Shown: positions 37,846 through 49,591 of the stretch, piece after piece
How the letters are laid out: the number at the start of each line of letters is the position of its first letter
Position numbering within the stretch: position 1 is the stretch's first letter
NCBI GenBank assembly: GCA_964474695.1
Contig: CAYYTK010000002.1
Coordinates: forward strand, 43,898-107,897
DNA from: an uncultured Anaerolineales bacterium
Lineage (GTDB): Bacteria; Chloroflexota; Anaerolineae; CG2-30-64-16
Direction of reading: 5' to 3'
Length of the DNA stretch: 64,000 bases
The notes under the pieces: model-generated
Seen by the model: the letters and a program-made list of their open reading frames with translations, nothing else
What the model was told of the DNA's origin: nothing
Database searches by the model: none
Program-made: the position numbers and the translations under genes

Positions 37846-38670
37846 ATGATTACGCTGCGGTTTTCGCCGCCTGATGACCGATACCGGCGGTGGACCGGTC
37901 TCGTTCTGGGTGGTTTGTTGGGGCTGACTTACGGAATCGTCTCACAGTTTATCAATCGCGTGGCGATGCCGGCAGTGCCTCTATATCAACCACCCTATGG
38001 CGCGGTTGGCAATATCGCGTTGTACGCGTTAGGGGGCGGGACATTAGGTGCGATCTGCGCGTGGCCCTTGGGCAGTGTGCAAGGCGCCTTCCTGGCCAGC
38101 GCGGTCAGCGCGGTCATCATCGTGATAGGCAGCTTCATCGAGGCAAGGTTGTCCGAAACAGTCCTGGTGGCGGTCGCGGTCACAGGCATCCTCCTGGCTC
38201 TGCCATTCTGGGGCATGCTGATACCGCTACTCGGCGCCCTGCGGTGGGGAGTCAATAGCCTGGAGGAGACCCATCGCGATCGGCTGCCCTGGTCGGCCCG
38301 CCTCTTGAAACCGGCGCTGTTGATTGTCGGCGTAGGTCTCGTCGGAGCGCTCAACTTGTATCGCTCGGATGCCCGAATCTTGCTTGTCAAGACCAACGCG
38401 CTCTTACAGCAGGCACAGGCCAGTGGGGAGTTACCAAAGCCTCTGCGTGATATGGCAGATAATGCCTTCCAGGCGCGCGGCGCCGGGCAATTCCAACTAG
38501 CTTGGGAGCACCGTGACATCGAACGCTACCGCATCGCCCGGCCAGGGCGCAACTTCGACAATCACTCCGTGGTTGTCGCACGTTTTGCCAATGGCTGGAA
38601 CCTGGTATGCCTTTACGTCACCTTGGATGAGCCGCCTTTATGCCGGGGCTTCGATCAACTGCCGTCTTGA
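37846..38670 (+). CDS. Uncharacterised multi-pass membrane protein (paralogue 1)
   Basis: LGLTYGIVSQFINRVAMPAVPLYQPPYGAVGNIALYAL..., with a C-terminal soluble region ending VVARFANGWNLVCLYVTLDEPPLCRGF. It is collinear with the next gene's product. Confidence 0.6.
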   Translation: MITLRFSPPDDRYRRWTGLVLGGLLGLTYGIVSQFINRVAMPAVPLYQPPYGAVGNIALYALGGGTLGAICAWPLGSVQGAFLASAVSAVIIVIGSFIEARLSETVLVAVAVTGILLALPFWGMLIPLLGALRWGVNSLEETHRDRLPWSARLLKPALLIVGVGLVGALNLYRSDARILLVKTNALLQQAQASGELPKPLRDMADNAFQARGAGQFQLAWEHRDIERYRIARPGRNFDNHSVVVARFANGWNLVCLYVTLDEPPLCRGFDQLPS

Positions 38671-38699
38671 AATCATCATCCCCTGCGAGGAGCTATCGC

Positions 38700-39575
38700 G
38701 TGACCATCAGTAATCCTAAGACGCCGCCTTCGGCATGGGAGCGTGCAGCCGGGTCGACTCCCGAGATGCAGCAAACGCTTGAAACGCGGCGGCGCGTCCT
38801 CGGCAGCCTCCTGGGCGCGGGGCTGGGCCTGAGCTATGGGCTTGTGTCTCAGCTCGTCAACCGTGTTGTTTTGCCAGGGGTGCCCCTTTATCAACCGCCC
38901 CTGGGGCCGCTGGGTAACATCGTGCTGCATAGCCTGGTGGGCGCGGGCCTGGGCTTCCTCACCTCGCGGCCGTCCAGCGCGATGGTGGGGGTTCTATTGG
39001 GCAGCCTGGCCGCCGCGATCGCGGTGTTTGTCAGCACCTTGCTGCGCATAGGTTCGCTGACGAATGTCGGGGGAGCCGTACTCACCAGCATGATTTTCGC
39101 GATCCCGATCGCCTGGCTGACCGTACCGATAGTGGCGTTGCTGCGTTGGACTGCCGGCAGAACGGTGGAATTCAGCCGTGAAAACGCGCCCCTATGGGTG
39201 CGTTTGCGCACGCCGCTGATATTAGCCCTGATCATGGCCGTCCTGGCAGGTTTTGAGCTGCTGCCGGAGAACGCTCGCAGCCAACTGAAACATGCAAACG
39301 CCCTGGTTCAAACCGGATTGCAGGCGTCCGGCGCAGAGGCGCTGCCCGCCCCGCTCCGCGGCCCGCTGGTCAGAGGTTTTCCGCTCAACTCAGATCGAGA
39401 TTACACGCTCGAGTGGACCACCTACGATTTGGATCGCTTCATCGAACTGCGGCCCTCATCGACCTATGACCAACATGCCGCTGTGATCGCCCGGTTCGCG
39501 GGCGACTATGAGCTGGTCTGCCTTTACCCGACGTCCAAAGGCCAACCGACTTGCGGCGCCTACCAGACGCCGTAA
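38700..39575 (+). CDS. Uncharacterised multi-pass membrane protein (paralogue 2)
   Basis: LGLSYGLVSQLVNRVVLPGVPLYQPPLGPLGNIVLHSL..., ending VIARFAGDYELVCLYPTSKGQPTCGAY. GTG start at 38700 with GAGGAG 7 nt upstream. Confidence 0.6.
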   Translation: MTISNPKTPPSAWERAAGSTPEMQQTLETRRRVLGSLLGAGLGLSYGLVSQLVNRVVLPGVPLYQPPLGPLGNIVLHSLVGAGLGFLTSRPSSAMVGVLLGSLAAAIAVFVSTLLRIGSLTNVGGAVLTSMIFAIPIAWLTVPIVALLRWTAGRTVEFSRENAPLWVRLRTPLILALIMAVLAGFELLPENARSQLKHANALVQTGLQASGAEALPAPLRGPLVRGFPLNSDRDYTLEWTTYDLDRFIELRPSSTYDQHAAVIARFAGDYELVCLYPTSKGQPTCGAYQTP

Positions 39576-39633
39576 CCGGCACTCACCGGGGCTGTAATGT
39601 TATGTAATCCAATCGCAATCAAAGGGGCGCCCG

Positions 39634-40647
<1,014 letters not shown>

Positions 40648-40738
40648 TCTATCGATGCCTACAGTGCGAAGCGCAGGACCAGAAGAACTCAGCCAGGGGA
40701 CGGTTGGTTTGGGAACTCGAACGGCTGCAGGACTCACC

Positions 40739-41380
40739 ATGACACTTGCCGAACATCAGATGTCGCTAACCGCCTGCCGCCGCTGTGCGGATGCGGGCTA
40801 CTTCATCGGCTCCTCGCCAATCTCCACCCTGAACGCGGGCGCGATCTTTATGACCGTGGGCCAGGCGCCGGGCCGGCACGAGGCGGATGTAACGCACAAG
40901 CCGTTTTCAGGCCCCGCGGGCAAGCGGCTGTTCCGCTGGCTGGCGCAGGCCGGCTTCGACGAGGCCGAGTTCCGCGCCACGCAGGCGATGGTCGCGATCA
41001 CGCGCTGCTACCCCGGCCCACATCCGGCCGGCCGCGGCGATCGCGTGCCCTCGCGTGCGGAACAGGCGCTGTGTGCACCGTGGCTGGAGGCCGAGCTGGC
41101 GCTCATTCAGCCGCAGGTGATCGTTCCGATTGGCGGGCTGGCAATCGATCGATTCTTAGGCAACGCGAGAAACCTGGTTTCTGGCAGAAACCAGGTTTCT
41201 AGGACCTCCACCATGACCGGGCTGATCGGCGAGCGCTTCGAGCGCGTTGGGCGCATCGTGGTGCCGCTGCCCCACCCCTCCGGCGCCAGCCAATGGTTCA
41301 ATGTGCCAGAGAACAAAGAACGGCTTGCGCGCGCGCTGGAGATCCTGGCAAGCCTGCGCGCAGGGCTGTTAATCAAATAA
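40739..41380 (+). CDS. Uracil-DNA glycosylase superfamily protein (family 4/5-like) with an in-frame repeat insertion
   Basis: CRRC, the motif-A-like FMTVGQAPGRHE, and the C-terminal HPSGASQWFN. The start is uncertain (ATG at 40655, 40739 or 40760). It contains NARNLVSGRNQVSR, encoded by the repeat at 41168-41200. Confidence 0.8.
   Translation: MTLAEHQMSLTACRRCADAGYFIGSSPISTLNAGAIFMTVGQAPGRHEADVTHKPFSGPAGKRLFRWLAQAGFDEAEFRATQAMVAITRCYPGPHPAGRGDRVPSRAEQALCAPWLEAELALIQPQVIVPIGGLAIDRFLGNARNLVSGRNQVSRTSTMTGLIGERFERVGRIVVPLPHPSGASQWFNVPENKERLARALEILASLRAGLLIK
41168..41200. repeat. Two 15-nt near-palindromes in tandem (inverted-repeat pair) inside the UDG gene
   Basis: AGAAACCTGGTTTCT (41168-41182), GGC, then AGAAACCAGGTTTCT (41186-41200). 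The second unit is the exact reverse complement of the first. The 18-nt period is in frame (RNLVSG / RNQVSR). Confidence 0.9.
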
Positions 41381-41414
41381 CGGATACTACACAACACACA
41401 ACCCGGAGATCACA

Positions 41415-42923
41415 ATGAACATCATCACCAAACAAACCAACATCACCGAAATCGCGGCTGACCTCATCATCGTCAACCTGTTCCAGGGCGTGATGGCGCC
41501 GGGCGGCGCAACGGGCGCGGTGGACAAGGCGCTAGGCGGCGCGATCAGCGACGTGATTGCGGCCGGAGACTTCGCGGGCAAAAGTGGCGAAACGCTGGTG
41601 CTGTACACGCGGGGAGCGCTGCCGGCAGGCCGCGTGCTCGTCGTGGGACTGGGTGAAAGCGCCAAGTTCGATCTGGCCGCGGCCCGCGGGGCGGCAGCGA
41701 CGGCCATCCGCAGGGCGCGCGAGCTGAGCGCGAAGAGCGCCGCCACCATCGTACACGGCGCTGGCGTTGGCGGACTTGATCCGGCAGCCGCGGCCGGCGC
41801 GTTGACGGAAGGTTCGCTGCTGGGCCTCTACCGTTACGCAGGCTACCGCTCGAAGCCGCCAAAGGATTGGAAGCCTGACCCGGAAACGCTAACCATCGTC
41901 GGGCTGGATGCCGCCGATCTGGCTGCCTTCCAGGCCGGCATCGACCGGGCGCTGGCCATCGTCCAGGGCGTAACGTTGGCGCGCGATCTGGTGAATGCCC
42001 CGGCGAACCGCATGACGCCGTCGATCATGGCTGCGAAAGCCGAAGCATTGGCCGCCGAAACCGGGCTGAAGCTGGATGTGCTGGGCCGCGCCAAGTGCAA
42101 GGCGCTGGGCATGGGCATCTTCATGGCTGTGGCCGAGGCCTCAGAAGAGGAGCCCAAGCTCATCGTGCTGGAGCACAACGCAGATAGACCTGATCTGACC
42201 ACCGTGGTGCTGGTGGGTAAGGGCGTGACTTTCGACTCCGGCGGCATCTCGATCAAGCCGGCCGAAGACATGTGGAAGATGAAGGACGACATGGCCGGCG
42301 CGGCTGCGGTGATCTCGACGCTGGGCGTGGCTGCTCGGCTGAACCTGCCGCTGCACGTGGTGGGCATCGCGCCATGCGCGGAGAACCTGCCCGGCGGACG
42401 CGCTCAGAAGCCGAGCGACGTCTTCACCGGTATGACCGGCAAAACCATGGAGGTAATCAGCACGGATGCGGAGGGCCGCATGCTGCTAGCCGACGCATTG
42501 GCCTACGCTGCGAAGTTCAACCCGGCCGCGGTGGTGGACATCGCCACCCTCACCGGCGCGCAGGCCATCGCATTGGGTCCACAGGCTGCAGCGGTGTTCT
42601 GCAATGACGAGACGCTGGTCGCCGGGTTGCTGGCCGCGGCCGGGGCATCGGGCGATCGCCTGTGGCGCATGCCCCTGTACGATGAGTATGCCGAAGCGAT
42701 CAAGAGCCAGGTGGCCGACGTCAAGAACAGCAGCGGCCGCTTCGCGGGGGTCGGCGCCAGCGCCAAGTTCCTGGAGCATTTCACTGAAGGCTATCCCTGG
42801 GCGCACGTGGACATGGCTTCGATGGCATGGGGTGAGGAAGACAAGCCGGCCCAGCCGAAAGGCGCCACGGGCTACGGTGTGCGGCTGTTCACTGCGTTCC
42901 TGGAACGGTTCACCAACGATTAG
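41415..42923 (+). CDS. pepA: Leucyl aminopeptidase (M17)
   Basis: [25 protein letters not shown] and [14 protein letters not shown]. Confidence 0.9.
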   Translation: MNIITKQTNITEIAADLIIVNLFQGVMAPGGATGAVDKALGGAISDVIAAGDFAGKSGETLVLYTRGALPAGRVLVVGLGESAKFDLAAARGAAATAIRRARELSAKSAATIVHGAGVGGLDPAAAAGALTEGSLLGLYRYAGYRSKPPKDWKPDPETLTIVGLDAADLAAFQAGIDRALAIVQGVTLARDLVNAPANRMTPSIMAAKAEALAAETGLKLDVLGRAKCKALGMGIFMAVAEASEEEPKLIVLEHNADRPDLTTVVLVGKGVTFDSGGISIKPAEDMWKMKDDMAGAAAVISTLGVAARLNLPLHVVGIAPCAENLPGGRAQKPSDVFTGMTGKTMEVISTDAEGRMLLADALAYAAKFNPAAVVDIATLTGAQAIALGPQAAAVFCNDETLVAGLLAAAGASGDRLWRMPLYDEYAEAIKSQVADVKNSSGRFAGVGASAKFLEHFTEGYPWAHVDMASMAWGEEDKPAQPKGATGYGVRLFTAFLERFTND

Positions 42924-42939
42924 AAGGAGAATACTACCT

Positions 42940-44760
42940 GTGACCGATATCGCCACCCTACCCCTCCGCAGCGACGTCCCGATCGAGCAGACCTGGGACC
43001 TGCAGAGCATCTACGCCACACCGGCCGATTGGGAAGCCGCGTGCGGCGAGCTGACCGCGCGGCTGCCGGAGCTGGCCGGCTACCGCGGCCGCCTGGCCGA
43101 GGGGCCTGCGACGCTGCTGGCGTTCCTGGAACCGTTCCAGGCGGCCGGCGTGCTGATGGGCAAGATCAACGTCTATGCATCGAACGGCGCCTCGGTGGAT
43201 ACGGGCGACCAGGCCGCAGCCGGCCGCGCCGGTCAGGCACGCACCCTGATGGCGAACCTTGCAGCCGCCGTCAGCTTTTTCGACCCTGAGCTGATGGCGA
43301 TTGGTTTCGACCGGCTGGAGGCCTGGATCGCGGAAACGCGCGATCTGGCCTTCTTCAGCCACTATGTCGACCGTCTGCGCCGGCGCCAGGCCCACGTCCG
43401 CTCCGGCGAAGTGGAAGAGGTGCTGGCCCTGACCTCTGATCCGTTCACGGGCACGTTCAGCATCTACAACGCGCTGAACAGCGCGGATATGACCTTCCGG
43501 CCTGCGGTGGCCTCCGATGGCACACAACTGGAAGTAGGCCAGGCCAGCATCGGCGGCCTGGTCACCCATCCCGACCGCGCAGTACGCCGCAGCGCGTGGG
43601 AAAGCTACGCGGACGGCTACCTCGCGTTCAAGAATAGCCATGCGGCCACCCTGACAACCGCCATCAAACAAGACGTCTTCCTGGCGCGGGTGCGTGGGTA
43701 CGCCTCGGCGTTGCATGGGTCGTTGGAACCCAACTTCATCCCGGTGGAGGTATTCCATAACCTGCTCGCAGTTTCCCGCAAGCACCTGCCCACCTGGCAC
43801 CGCTACTGGCGCCTGCGCAAAAAGACGTTGGGAGTCGAAGAGCTCGGCGTCTACGATATCAAAGCGCCGTTGACCGCCTCCAAGCCGGTCGTGCCGTTCG
43901 AGCAGGCCGTCGAATGGATCACCGAGGGAATGGCGCCGCTCGGCCAGGAGTATGTCGAAATCCTGCGCCGCGGCTGCCTGGAGGAACGTTGGGTGGACCG
44001 GGCGCGCAACCGCGGCAAACGTGAAGGCGCGTTCTCAAGCGGCTCGCATGGCACGCGGCCGTTCATCATGATGTCATACCAGGATGACGTGTTCAGTTTG
44101 AGCACGCTGGCGCACGAGTTGGGCCACTCGCTGCATTCGTATTACTCGCGCGCAACGCAGCCGTTCATCTACGGCCGCTACGGCCTCTTCCTGGCCGAGA
44201 CGGCGTCCAACTTCAACCAGGCTATGGTGCGCGACTACCTGTTCCGAACACAGACCGATCGCGACCTCCAGATCGCGCTGATCGAAGAGGCGATGTCGAA
44301 CTACCACCGTTACTTCTTCATCATGCCCACGCTGGCCCGTTTCGAGCTGGAAGCACATACTCGAGCCGAGCGGGGAGCTCCGCTGAATGCCGACATCCTC
44401 AACGGGCTGACCGCGGACCTGTTTGCTGAGGGATACGGGGGGGAGGTCGCGCTCGATCGGGAGCGCATCGGGGTCACCTGGGCGCAATTCCTGCACATGT
44501 ACATGAATTTCTATGTCTATCAGTATGCCACGGGCATCTCGGCCGCGCATGCGCTTTCCCGGCCGATCCTGACCGGCGACGCCGCCGCGGCGGCGGACGC
44601 GGTCGAACGCTACCTGGACTTTCTCAAGAGCGGCGGCTCGCGCTACCCGCTGGACGCACTGAAAACGGCTGGGGTGGACATGACCAGCCCGGAGCCGGTG
44701 GAGGCCGCGTTCGAGGTGCTGGCGGGATTAGTGGAACGGCTGGAAGGATTGGTGGGGTAG
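42940..44760 (+). CDS. pepF: Oligoendopeptidase F (M3B)
   Basis: Zinc motif HELGHSLH, and a typical PepF N-terminus ([16 protein letters not shown]). GTG start at 42940 with AAGGAGA 9 nt upstream. The track ORF start at 42604 overlaps pepA. Confidence 0.9.
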   Translation: MTDIATLPLRSDVPIEQTWDLQSIYATPADWEAACGELTARLPELAGYRGRLAEGPATLLAFLEPFQAAGVLMGKINVYASNGASVDTGDQAAAGRAGQARTLMANLAAAVSFFDPELMAIGFDRLEAWIAETRDLAFFSHYVDRLRRRQAHVRSGEVEEVLALTSDPFTGTFSIYNALNSADMTFRPAVASDGTQLEVGQASIGGLVTHPDRAVRRSAWESYADGYLAFKNSHAATLTTAIKQDVFLARVRGYASALHGSLEPNFIPVEVFHNLLAVSRKHLPTWHRYWRLRKKTLGVEELGVYDIKAPLTASKPVVPFEQAVEWITEGMAPLGQEYVEILRRGCLEERWVDRARNRGKREGAFSSGSHGTRPFIMMSYQDDVFSLSTLAHELGHSLHSYYSRATQPFIYGRYGLFLAETASNFNQAMVRDYLFRTQTDRDLQIALIEEAMSNYHRYFFIMPTLARFELEAHTRAERGAPLNADILNGLTADLFAEGYGGEVALDRERIGVTWAQFLHMYMNFYVYQYATGISAAHALSRPILTGDAAAAADAVERYLDFLKSGGSRYPLDALKTAGVDMTSPEPVEAAFEVLAGLVERLEGLVG

Positions 44761-44799
44761 GAGCGAAGGTCAGAAGATCACAGGTGCGACGCATTCAGG

Positions 44800-44837
44800 A
44801 AAAAGGACCGGAGTGGAAGATTTCCCTCCGGCCTTTT
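44800..44837. terminator. Bidirectional intrinsic terminator between convergent pepF and the HAD gene
   Basis: AAAAA-GGACCGGAG-TGGAAGATTTCC-CTCCGGCC-TTTT. The stem is about 12 bp with one bulge, flanked by an A-tract on the left and a T-tract on the right. The T-tract overlaps the HAD stop codon. Confidence 0.65.
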
Positions 44838-45522
44838 ATAACAGAACGATCAGCTCGTCCAGCCGGGTGATTTCGTAGGCGATGAGCAGCCCAGCGGGCC
44901 GCGGGAGGCGCGCCGGATTGAACCAGCAGGCGTCGATACCATAATCGCACGCGCCGCGAATATCCGACGTCAGGCTGTCGCCGATCATTAACACCTCGGC
45001 TTTGGCCGGGTCTCCCATCGCGGCAAACGCGGCGTCGAAGATGCCGGCCGCGGGCTTGGCCGAGCCAACTTCCTCCGAGATGATGAGCGCGGCGATATCG
45101 TCGCGGATGGCCGAACGGGCGATCCGGCCGCGCTGCACGGTTTGCAGACCGTTCGTGATGATCGCAAAGCGATAGCACTCTCGCAGCGCGGCCAGAATCT
45201 CGGCCGCGCCGTCCATCAACTCAGCGGCTTCCGCCAGGTTTTCGAGGTAAGTCAGGCTGAAACGCGCGACGTCGGTTTGAAGTCCTACAGCATCGAAAAG
45301 CATCTCGAAGCGCCGCACCTTGAGCGCTTCCGGCTTGATCTCCCCGCGCTCCAGCGCCAGCCAGCACTGGTGGTTGATCGAGCGGTAGGCATCGGCCGTA
45401 CCCGGCGCCAAAGAGAGACCGAATTGGTTGAAGGTGGCTGCGAGCGCACTCGCCTCCGCCCGATCATAGTCGAACAGCGTGCCGTCCGCATCGAACAGGA
45501 GCCAGCGATAACGCGGTTTCAT
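44836..45522 (-). CDS. HAD-superfamily hydrolase (YjjG-like nucleotidase)
   Basis: Motif [13 protein letters not shown] near the chosen ATG (45522) and motif [14 protein letters not shown]. Its ATG overlaps the OsmC stop (ATGA). The track start at 45837 would run through the OsmC gene. Confidence 0.85.
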   Translation of the reverse strand: MKPRYRWLLFDADGTLFDYDRAEASALAATFNQFGLSLAPGTADAYRSINHQCWLALERGEIKPEALKVRRFEMLFDAVGLQTDVARFSLTYLENLAEAAELMDGAAEILAALRECYRFAIITNGLQTVQRGRIARSAIRDDIAALIISEEVGSAKPAAGIFDAAFAAMGDPAKAEVLMIGDSLTSDIRGACDYGIDACWFNPARLPRPAGLLIAYEITRLDELIVLL

Positions 45523-45959
45523 GCAGCCGGTTGAACCTCGAAGTCGTGTGTGATCTCGGTGACGCCACGGATCGTTGCGGCCACCGAACAATACTTCTCT
45601 TCGGACAGCTTGATGGCCCGCTCCACCTTCCTGGGGTCGAGATCGTGGCCTGCAGCAATGTAATGGAGATGGATATGCACGAAAGGCCAGGGAGGATCGG
45701 ACGCTTGCTCGGCATCGGCAATGACCGTCAGGCCGGTTAACTCCACCTTCTGCTTCTGCAGGATGTCTACAACGTCGTAAGCCGAGCACGAGCAGAGTGC
45801 GATCACCAGCAGATCCGATGCCTTGGCCCCGCGCCACTCGGTCCAGCCTTCTTCGGCAGGCTTCTGCCAGTATCCGGCCACAACCGTACGCCCCAGGCTG
45901 TCGCGGCCCAGAAACATCCGACTATCGTCACCCGCCCACTTGATCGAAACTTGCCCCAT
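45519..45959 (-). CDS. OsmC family protein
   Basis: Paired Cys motifs (LCSCSAYDV ... [13 protein letters not shown]). ATG at 45959 with AGGGAG upstream. Confidence 0.85.
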   Translation of the reverse strand: MGQVSIKWAGDDSRMFLGRDSLGRTVVAGYWQKPAEEGWTEWRGAKASDLLVIALCSCSAYDVVDILQKQKVELTGLTVIADAEQASDPPWPFVHIHLHYIAAGHDLDPRKVERAIKLSEEKYCSVAATIRGVTEITHDFEVQPAA

Positions 45960-45995
45960 AGTGCACGCTCCCTTCATTCGCTCAAGAGTATTCGA

Positions 45996-47516
45996 TTAAG
46001 GCATCGGGATATAGTCTACCATACGCCCGTCAGAAGTAAACCAGCCGCACCCACCGTTGGTGCTGCAGCCGGACGTATCATCGGGCTCCACGGGGCAGGA
46101 GGCCCTTGTCATATGCGGCAAGTAGAACCGATATGGTAAAGGGGAGGGTGTGGCAAGGGGCGCTGCAGGGGCAGCAGAGTCTTGCGGCTGCATTATTCCT
46201 GATCCGTTTTCCGAGTCAGCAGGTGCACTGGCAGCAGTCCACGCGGGCCCGGGCATTTGCAGCGGAATGCGGCTCAGACCTGATTGGACCCGCTCAACGC
46301 GCAGATAAATGATGTGCGCAGGCACCGCAGTGCTGCAGATCTGTGCCAGCAGGGCGGCCGAGCAGTTGCCGTACACCATGCACGAGTCATAGGCGATGCC
46401 GGCCGGCAGAAGCGACTCCAGCCCTTCAAAGGAACCAAGATGGCTCGTGTAGGGGAGATAGTTGGTGTTCGGCGCCTGATCCATATCAATCCAGATCGAG
46501 TACAGCGGCATCCCCAGGCTCACTATGGTATCAACAGACAAACCGCGAGCTGTGCGAAGCCGATAGGTGGCGCCAGTGGGCCGATCCACGTTGCCCAGTG
46601 GATTGTAGGGAAATGCCGTGTAGGGATCGATCGGTGTCGGCGGAAAGTTGAACAGAAAATAGTCAGCGCCGGACGGGATAACCATGTTCGCCACCTGTTG
46701 TGGCGTAGTTGTGCAAGCCGAGGCCAACTGACTGCGCAAGGCATCGAGGTGCCCGACATACCCGGGGCCAAAGTACACAGGGAACTGAAAATCCTGCCGT
46801 CCCAGCACCGTGACCGAAACCACCGGAGCGACCTCCACCTCGAAGACCAGGGTCAGCTCCCGATAGTCGCGATACGAGATCAGCAGCTCACAGCCCATGT
46901 TAGGCGGCAGCAACAAACTATCGTCGGCGGTGAATTCGGCTGCAAGCCAATCGCTCTCCCAATAACGATACAGATTCGCTGACTCGGACTCACTTGGGTT
47001 ACGGATCGGCTTAATCAGGCCGCTCGGCACGTAGTAGTAGCCGTCCACCTGCCGCGTAATTTCCTGGCCATTCGGGGCATAGACGTGCAGCCTGGCTGCC
47101 GGAGTCACCGAACCCAGCTCATCGATGCGCGCGCCCTGCCCAAGGCACCCAAACAAGGACCCGCTCCAATTGGAGCTTGAGAAAAAACGAGGATAGGCCG
47201 TCGCGGTGATGGTCACCGTGTTGCCGACCCGGCTCCCGGAAACATAGCGCATGATACCGTAGCCAGGCGTACTCTGGATGATAGCGCCAACCAGGTCGCT
47301 CTCAGGCACCCAGCCCACCAGATCCACGATGTTCAAAGCACGCGGTTCCAGCCAATCGGGCGGCTCGACTGTCGTTTCTGGGGAATAGGATGAAGAGATA
47401 GAGGATGCCGACACCTCCGCTGCGTGTGACGTGCCAAACGGCCATGCGGGTACGGCCGCGCCCATGACCGCGAGGCACAGCAGAATGCCCATGAGCAAAT
47501 ACGCCGCTTTATACAC
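45996..47516 (-). CDS. Hypothetical secreted protein
   Basis: GTG start with GGAGG 7 nt upstream and a signal peptide (LLMGILLCLAVMGAAVPAWPFGTSHAAE). The C-terminus is Cys-rich (CPVEPDDTSGCSTNGGCGWF). I recognised no family. Confidence 0.6.
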   Translation of the reverse strand: MYKAAYLLMGILLCLAVMGAAVPAWPFGTSHAAEVSASSISSSYSPETTVEPPDWLEPRALNIVDLVGWVPESDLVGAIIQSTPGYGIMRYVSGSRVGNTVTITATAYPRFFSSSNWSGSLFGCLGQGARIDELGSVTPAARLHVYAPNGQEITRQVDGYYYVPSGLIKPIRNPSESESANLYRYWESDWLAAEFTADDSLLLPPNMGCELLISYRDYRELTLVFEVEVAPVVSVTVLGRQDFQFPVYFGPGYVGHLDALRSQLASACTTTPQQVANMVIPSGADYFLFNFPPTPIDPYTAFPYNPLGNVDRPTGATYRLRTARGLSVDTIVSLGMPLYSIWIDMDQAPNTNYLPYTSHLGSFEGLESLLPAGIAYDSCMVYGNCSAALLAQICSTAVPAHIIYLRVERVQSGLSRIPLQMPGPAWTAASAPADSENGSGIMQPQDSAAPAAPLATPSPLPYRFYLPHMTRASCPVEPDDTSGCSTNGGCGWFTSDGRMVDYIPMP

Positions 47517-47610
47517 TCCAGGACCTCCGTAGATGCAAAATACTCAAGCGATGGAGAGCTCAGAGCGAAGGGAGTATCGTAAATCCATGATAATACCCGG
47601 GAGTATCAGG

Positions 47611-48459
47611 TCAAGGGTTATAGCCGACAATGCCCACCGTGCCGGGCCCGAAATGTACGGCGATGCCGATAGACAGCTCACGTACGATCACCTGTGCATT
47701 TTGCAGCCTGGCCAGCACAGCCTGGCGGACCGACTCGGCTGCATCCGGGGCTTGCGCGTGGATGACGGCGACCAGGGCGGGCCGTTGCTCGGCGAGCGCC
47801 TCGACCAGCGAATCCACCAACGCCCGCAACGCCTGGGGGCGACCGCGCAGGCGCTTGAACAGCACGACCTTGCCCTCTTCCACTGTCAGCATGAGCTTGA
47901 TATTCATCGCCGAGACCAGCAAGACGCGCGCCAGGCCCACCCGGCCGCTCATGCGCGCGAAGCGCAAGTCCTCGACGCTGAAGTAGATGTGCATCTGCCG
48001 GCGCAATGCCTCCAACCGCGCGACGATTTCACCCAGCGGCGCACCTCTTTCAGCCAGTTGAGCGGCTTCCAAAACCATGAAACCGAGCCCCATCGAGCCG
48101 CTGAGGCTGTCGTAGACGACGATCATCGGCTTGGGCGGCATCTGCCGTGCCGAAGTCACCGCGCTGTCGTAAGTGCCGCTCAGGTGGCTGGTGATATGGA
48201 TTGACAGGATAGCCTCGGTGTCGGGTTCGGCCGCCAGAGCGCCGTAGGCCGTGAGATACTGGCCCAGGGATGGCTGCGATGTCATGGGAAGCTTATGATG
48301 AGCATCCACCATGCGATAGAAGGCCGCCTCGTCCAGGTTCACACGTTCCTGGTACGTCTCCTGCCCGAACTGGATATTGATCGGGACCACGGTAATGCGA
48401 TGCTGAGCCAGGACTTCAGCGGGCAGATCGCAGGTGGAATCGGTGACGATACGAATCAT
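47611..48459 (-). CDS. DegV family fatty-acid-binding protein
   Basis: MIRIVTDSTCDLP...TSQPS... is the typical DegV N-terminus. GAGGATGG RBS. Confidence 0.9.
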   Translation of the reverse strand: MIRIVTDSTCDLPAEVLAQHRITVVPINIQFGQETYQERVNLDEAAFYRMVDAHHKLPMTSQPSLGQYLTAYGALAAEPDTEAILSIHITSHLSGTYDSAVTSARQMPPKPMIVVYDSLSGSMGLGFMVLEAAQLAERGAPLGEIVARLEALRRQMHIYFSVEDLRFARMSGRVGLARVLLVSAMNIKLMLTVEEGKVVLFKRLRGRPQALRALVDSLVEALAEQRPALVAVIHAQAPDAAESVRQAVLARLQNAQVIVRELSIGIAVHFGPGTVGIVGYNP

Positions 48460-48494
48460 GCGACACCATCCTCGTGCTTCAAGATCGGCTCTCT

Positions 48495-49340
48495 TTATGC
48501 TCCGGGGTAGACCGCAACACCGATGGTGGCTGGCCCCACGTGTACACCCAGCGCCGGCCCCAGGTCGGCTATGAAGCCGTCAGACGCGCCGAACTGCGCG
48601 GCAAGCTCCTTCAGGATCTGCTGCGCCTCAGTTGCAGCCAACGCGTGGGTGACACCAATACGCACCTTTGGCCCCCGCGCAGGAATTTGCGCCAGCAACT
48701 GCTTTTGCGCCGTCTCCAGCGCCTTGGCCCGGCTGCGCACCCGCATCAACGGCACAACCTCGCCGTCCACGATGCCCAGCAGCGGCTTGAACTTCAGCAG
48801 CGTTCCGACGAACGCCTGCGCCTTGCCGATACGGCCGCCCTTCTCCAGGTACTCCAGGGTTTCCACGATAAACGTAATGCGAACCTCATCGCGCATCTTC
48901 ATCAATCGCGCAACGATCTCGGCCCGGGAAGCGCCGGCATCCGCCAGGGCCACCGCCTCCTGCACCATGAGACCTAACCCGATCGAGGTGCTCTTGGAAT
49001 CAACGACATCGATGGGCCGGCCTGCGAAACTATCCACGGCAATCAGCGCGGAATTGTAGGTCTGGCTGAGTTTGGCCGAGATCACGATGGCGATGATCTC
49101 ATCTCCAGCCTCAGTGATGGCCCGGAATGGCGCCTCGAACTGAGCAGGGGACGCCTGGGACGTCGTCGGCAGCTTGTCGCTCTTGGGGAGCCGCTCCCAG
49201 AACTGCTCACGGGTGATATCGACGCCATCCTGCAGCTCCTGTCGTCCGAAGATAACCGTCAGGGGCACTACGGTGACGCGAGGATGCGCCAACACAGCAG
49301 CCGGCGCTTCACAAGTCGAATCAGTCACAATACGAATCAT
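48495..49340 (-). CDS. DegV family fatty-acid-binding protein (tandem paralogue)
   Basis: MIRIVTDSTCEAP...TSQAS.... ATG at 49340 is preceded by AGGAGAGG. The track start at 49415 (TTG) adds 25 aa. Confidence 0.9.
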   Translation of the reverse strand: MIRIVTDSTCEAPAAVLAHPRVTVVPLTVIFGRQELQDGVDITREQFWERLPKSDKLPTTSQASPAQFEAPFRAITEAGDEIIAIVISAKLSQTYNSALIAVDSFAGRPIDVVDSKSTSIGLGLMVQEAVALADAGASRAEIVARLMKMRDEVRITFIVETLEYLEKGGRIGKAQAFVGTLLKFKPLLGIVDGEVVPLMRVRSRAKALETAQKQLLAQIPARGPKVRIGVTHALAATEAQQILKELAAQFGASDGFIADLGPALGVHVGPATIGVAVYPGA

Positions 49341-49562
49341 GATACCTCTCCTGTAGAATGAATCATCTGAGATGACCGCGAGGCCTGCCAAAAAGCAAGG
49401 GCGCTGGAACCCCAACTATCGGCTTCAGCGCCCGGGATAAACAAATATGCCCAAATGATCTCAATTTCGATCATCCAGATGTTAATTATTCTAGCGCAGA
49501 TGCTTCACCTTGTCAATTAACGTCAACCCTCGATGGGCCACGAATTTCGTTGTCCGGCATGT

Positions 49563-49591
49563 TTGGCGGAGACGCGACTCTGTGTTAGACT
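49563..49591 (+). promoter_or_regulatory. Putative promoter with extended -10 (TGTGTTAGACT)
   Basis: TTGGCG (49563-49568), 17 nt including TG at 49583-49584, then TAGACT (49586-49591). The 15-mer TGTGTTAGACTAAGA (49581-49595) is repeated at 60768-60782. Confidence 0.45.
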
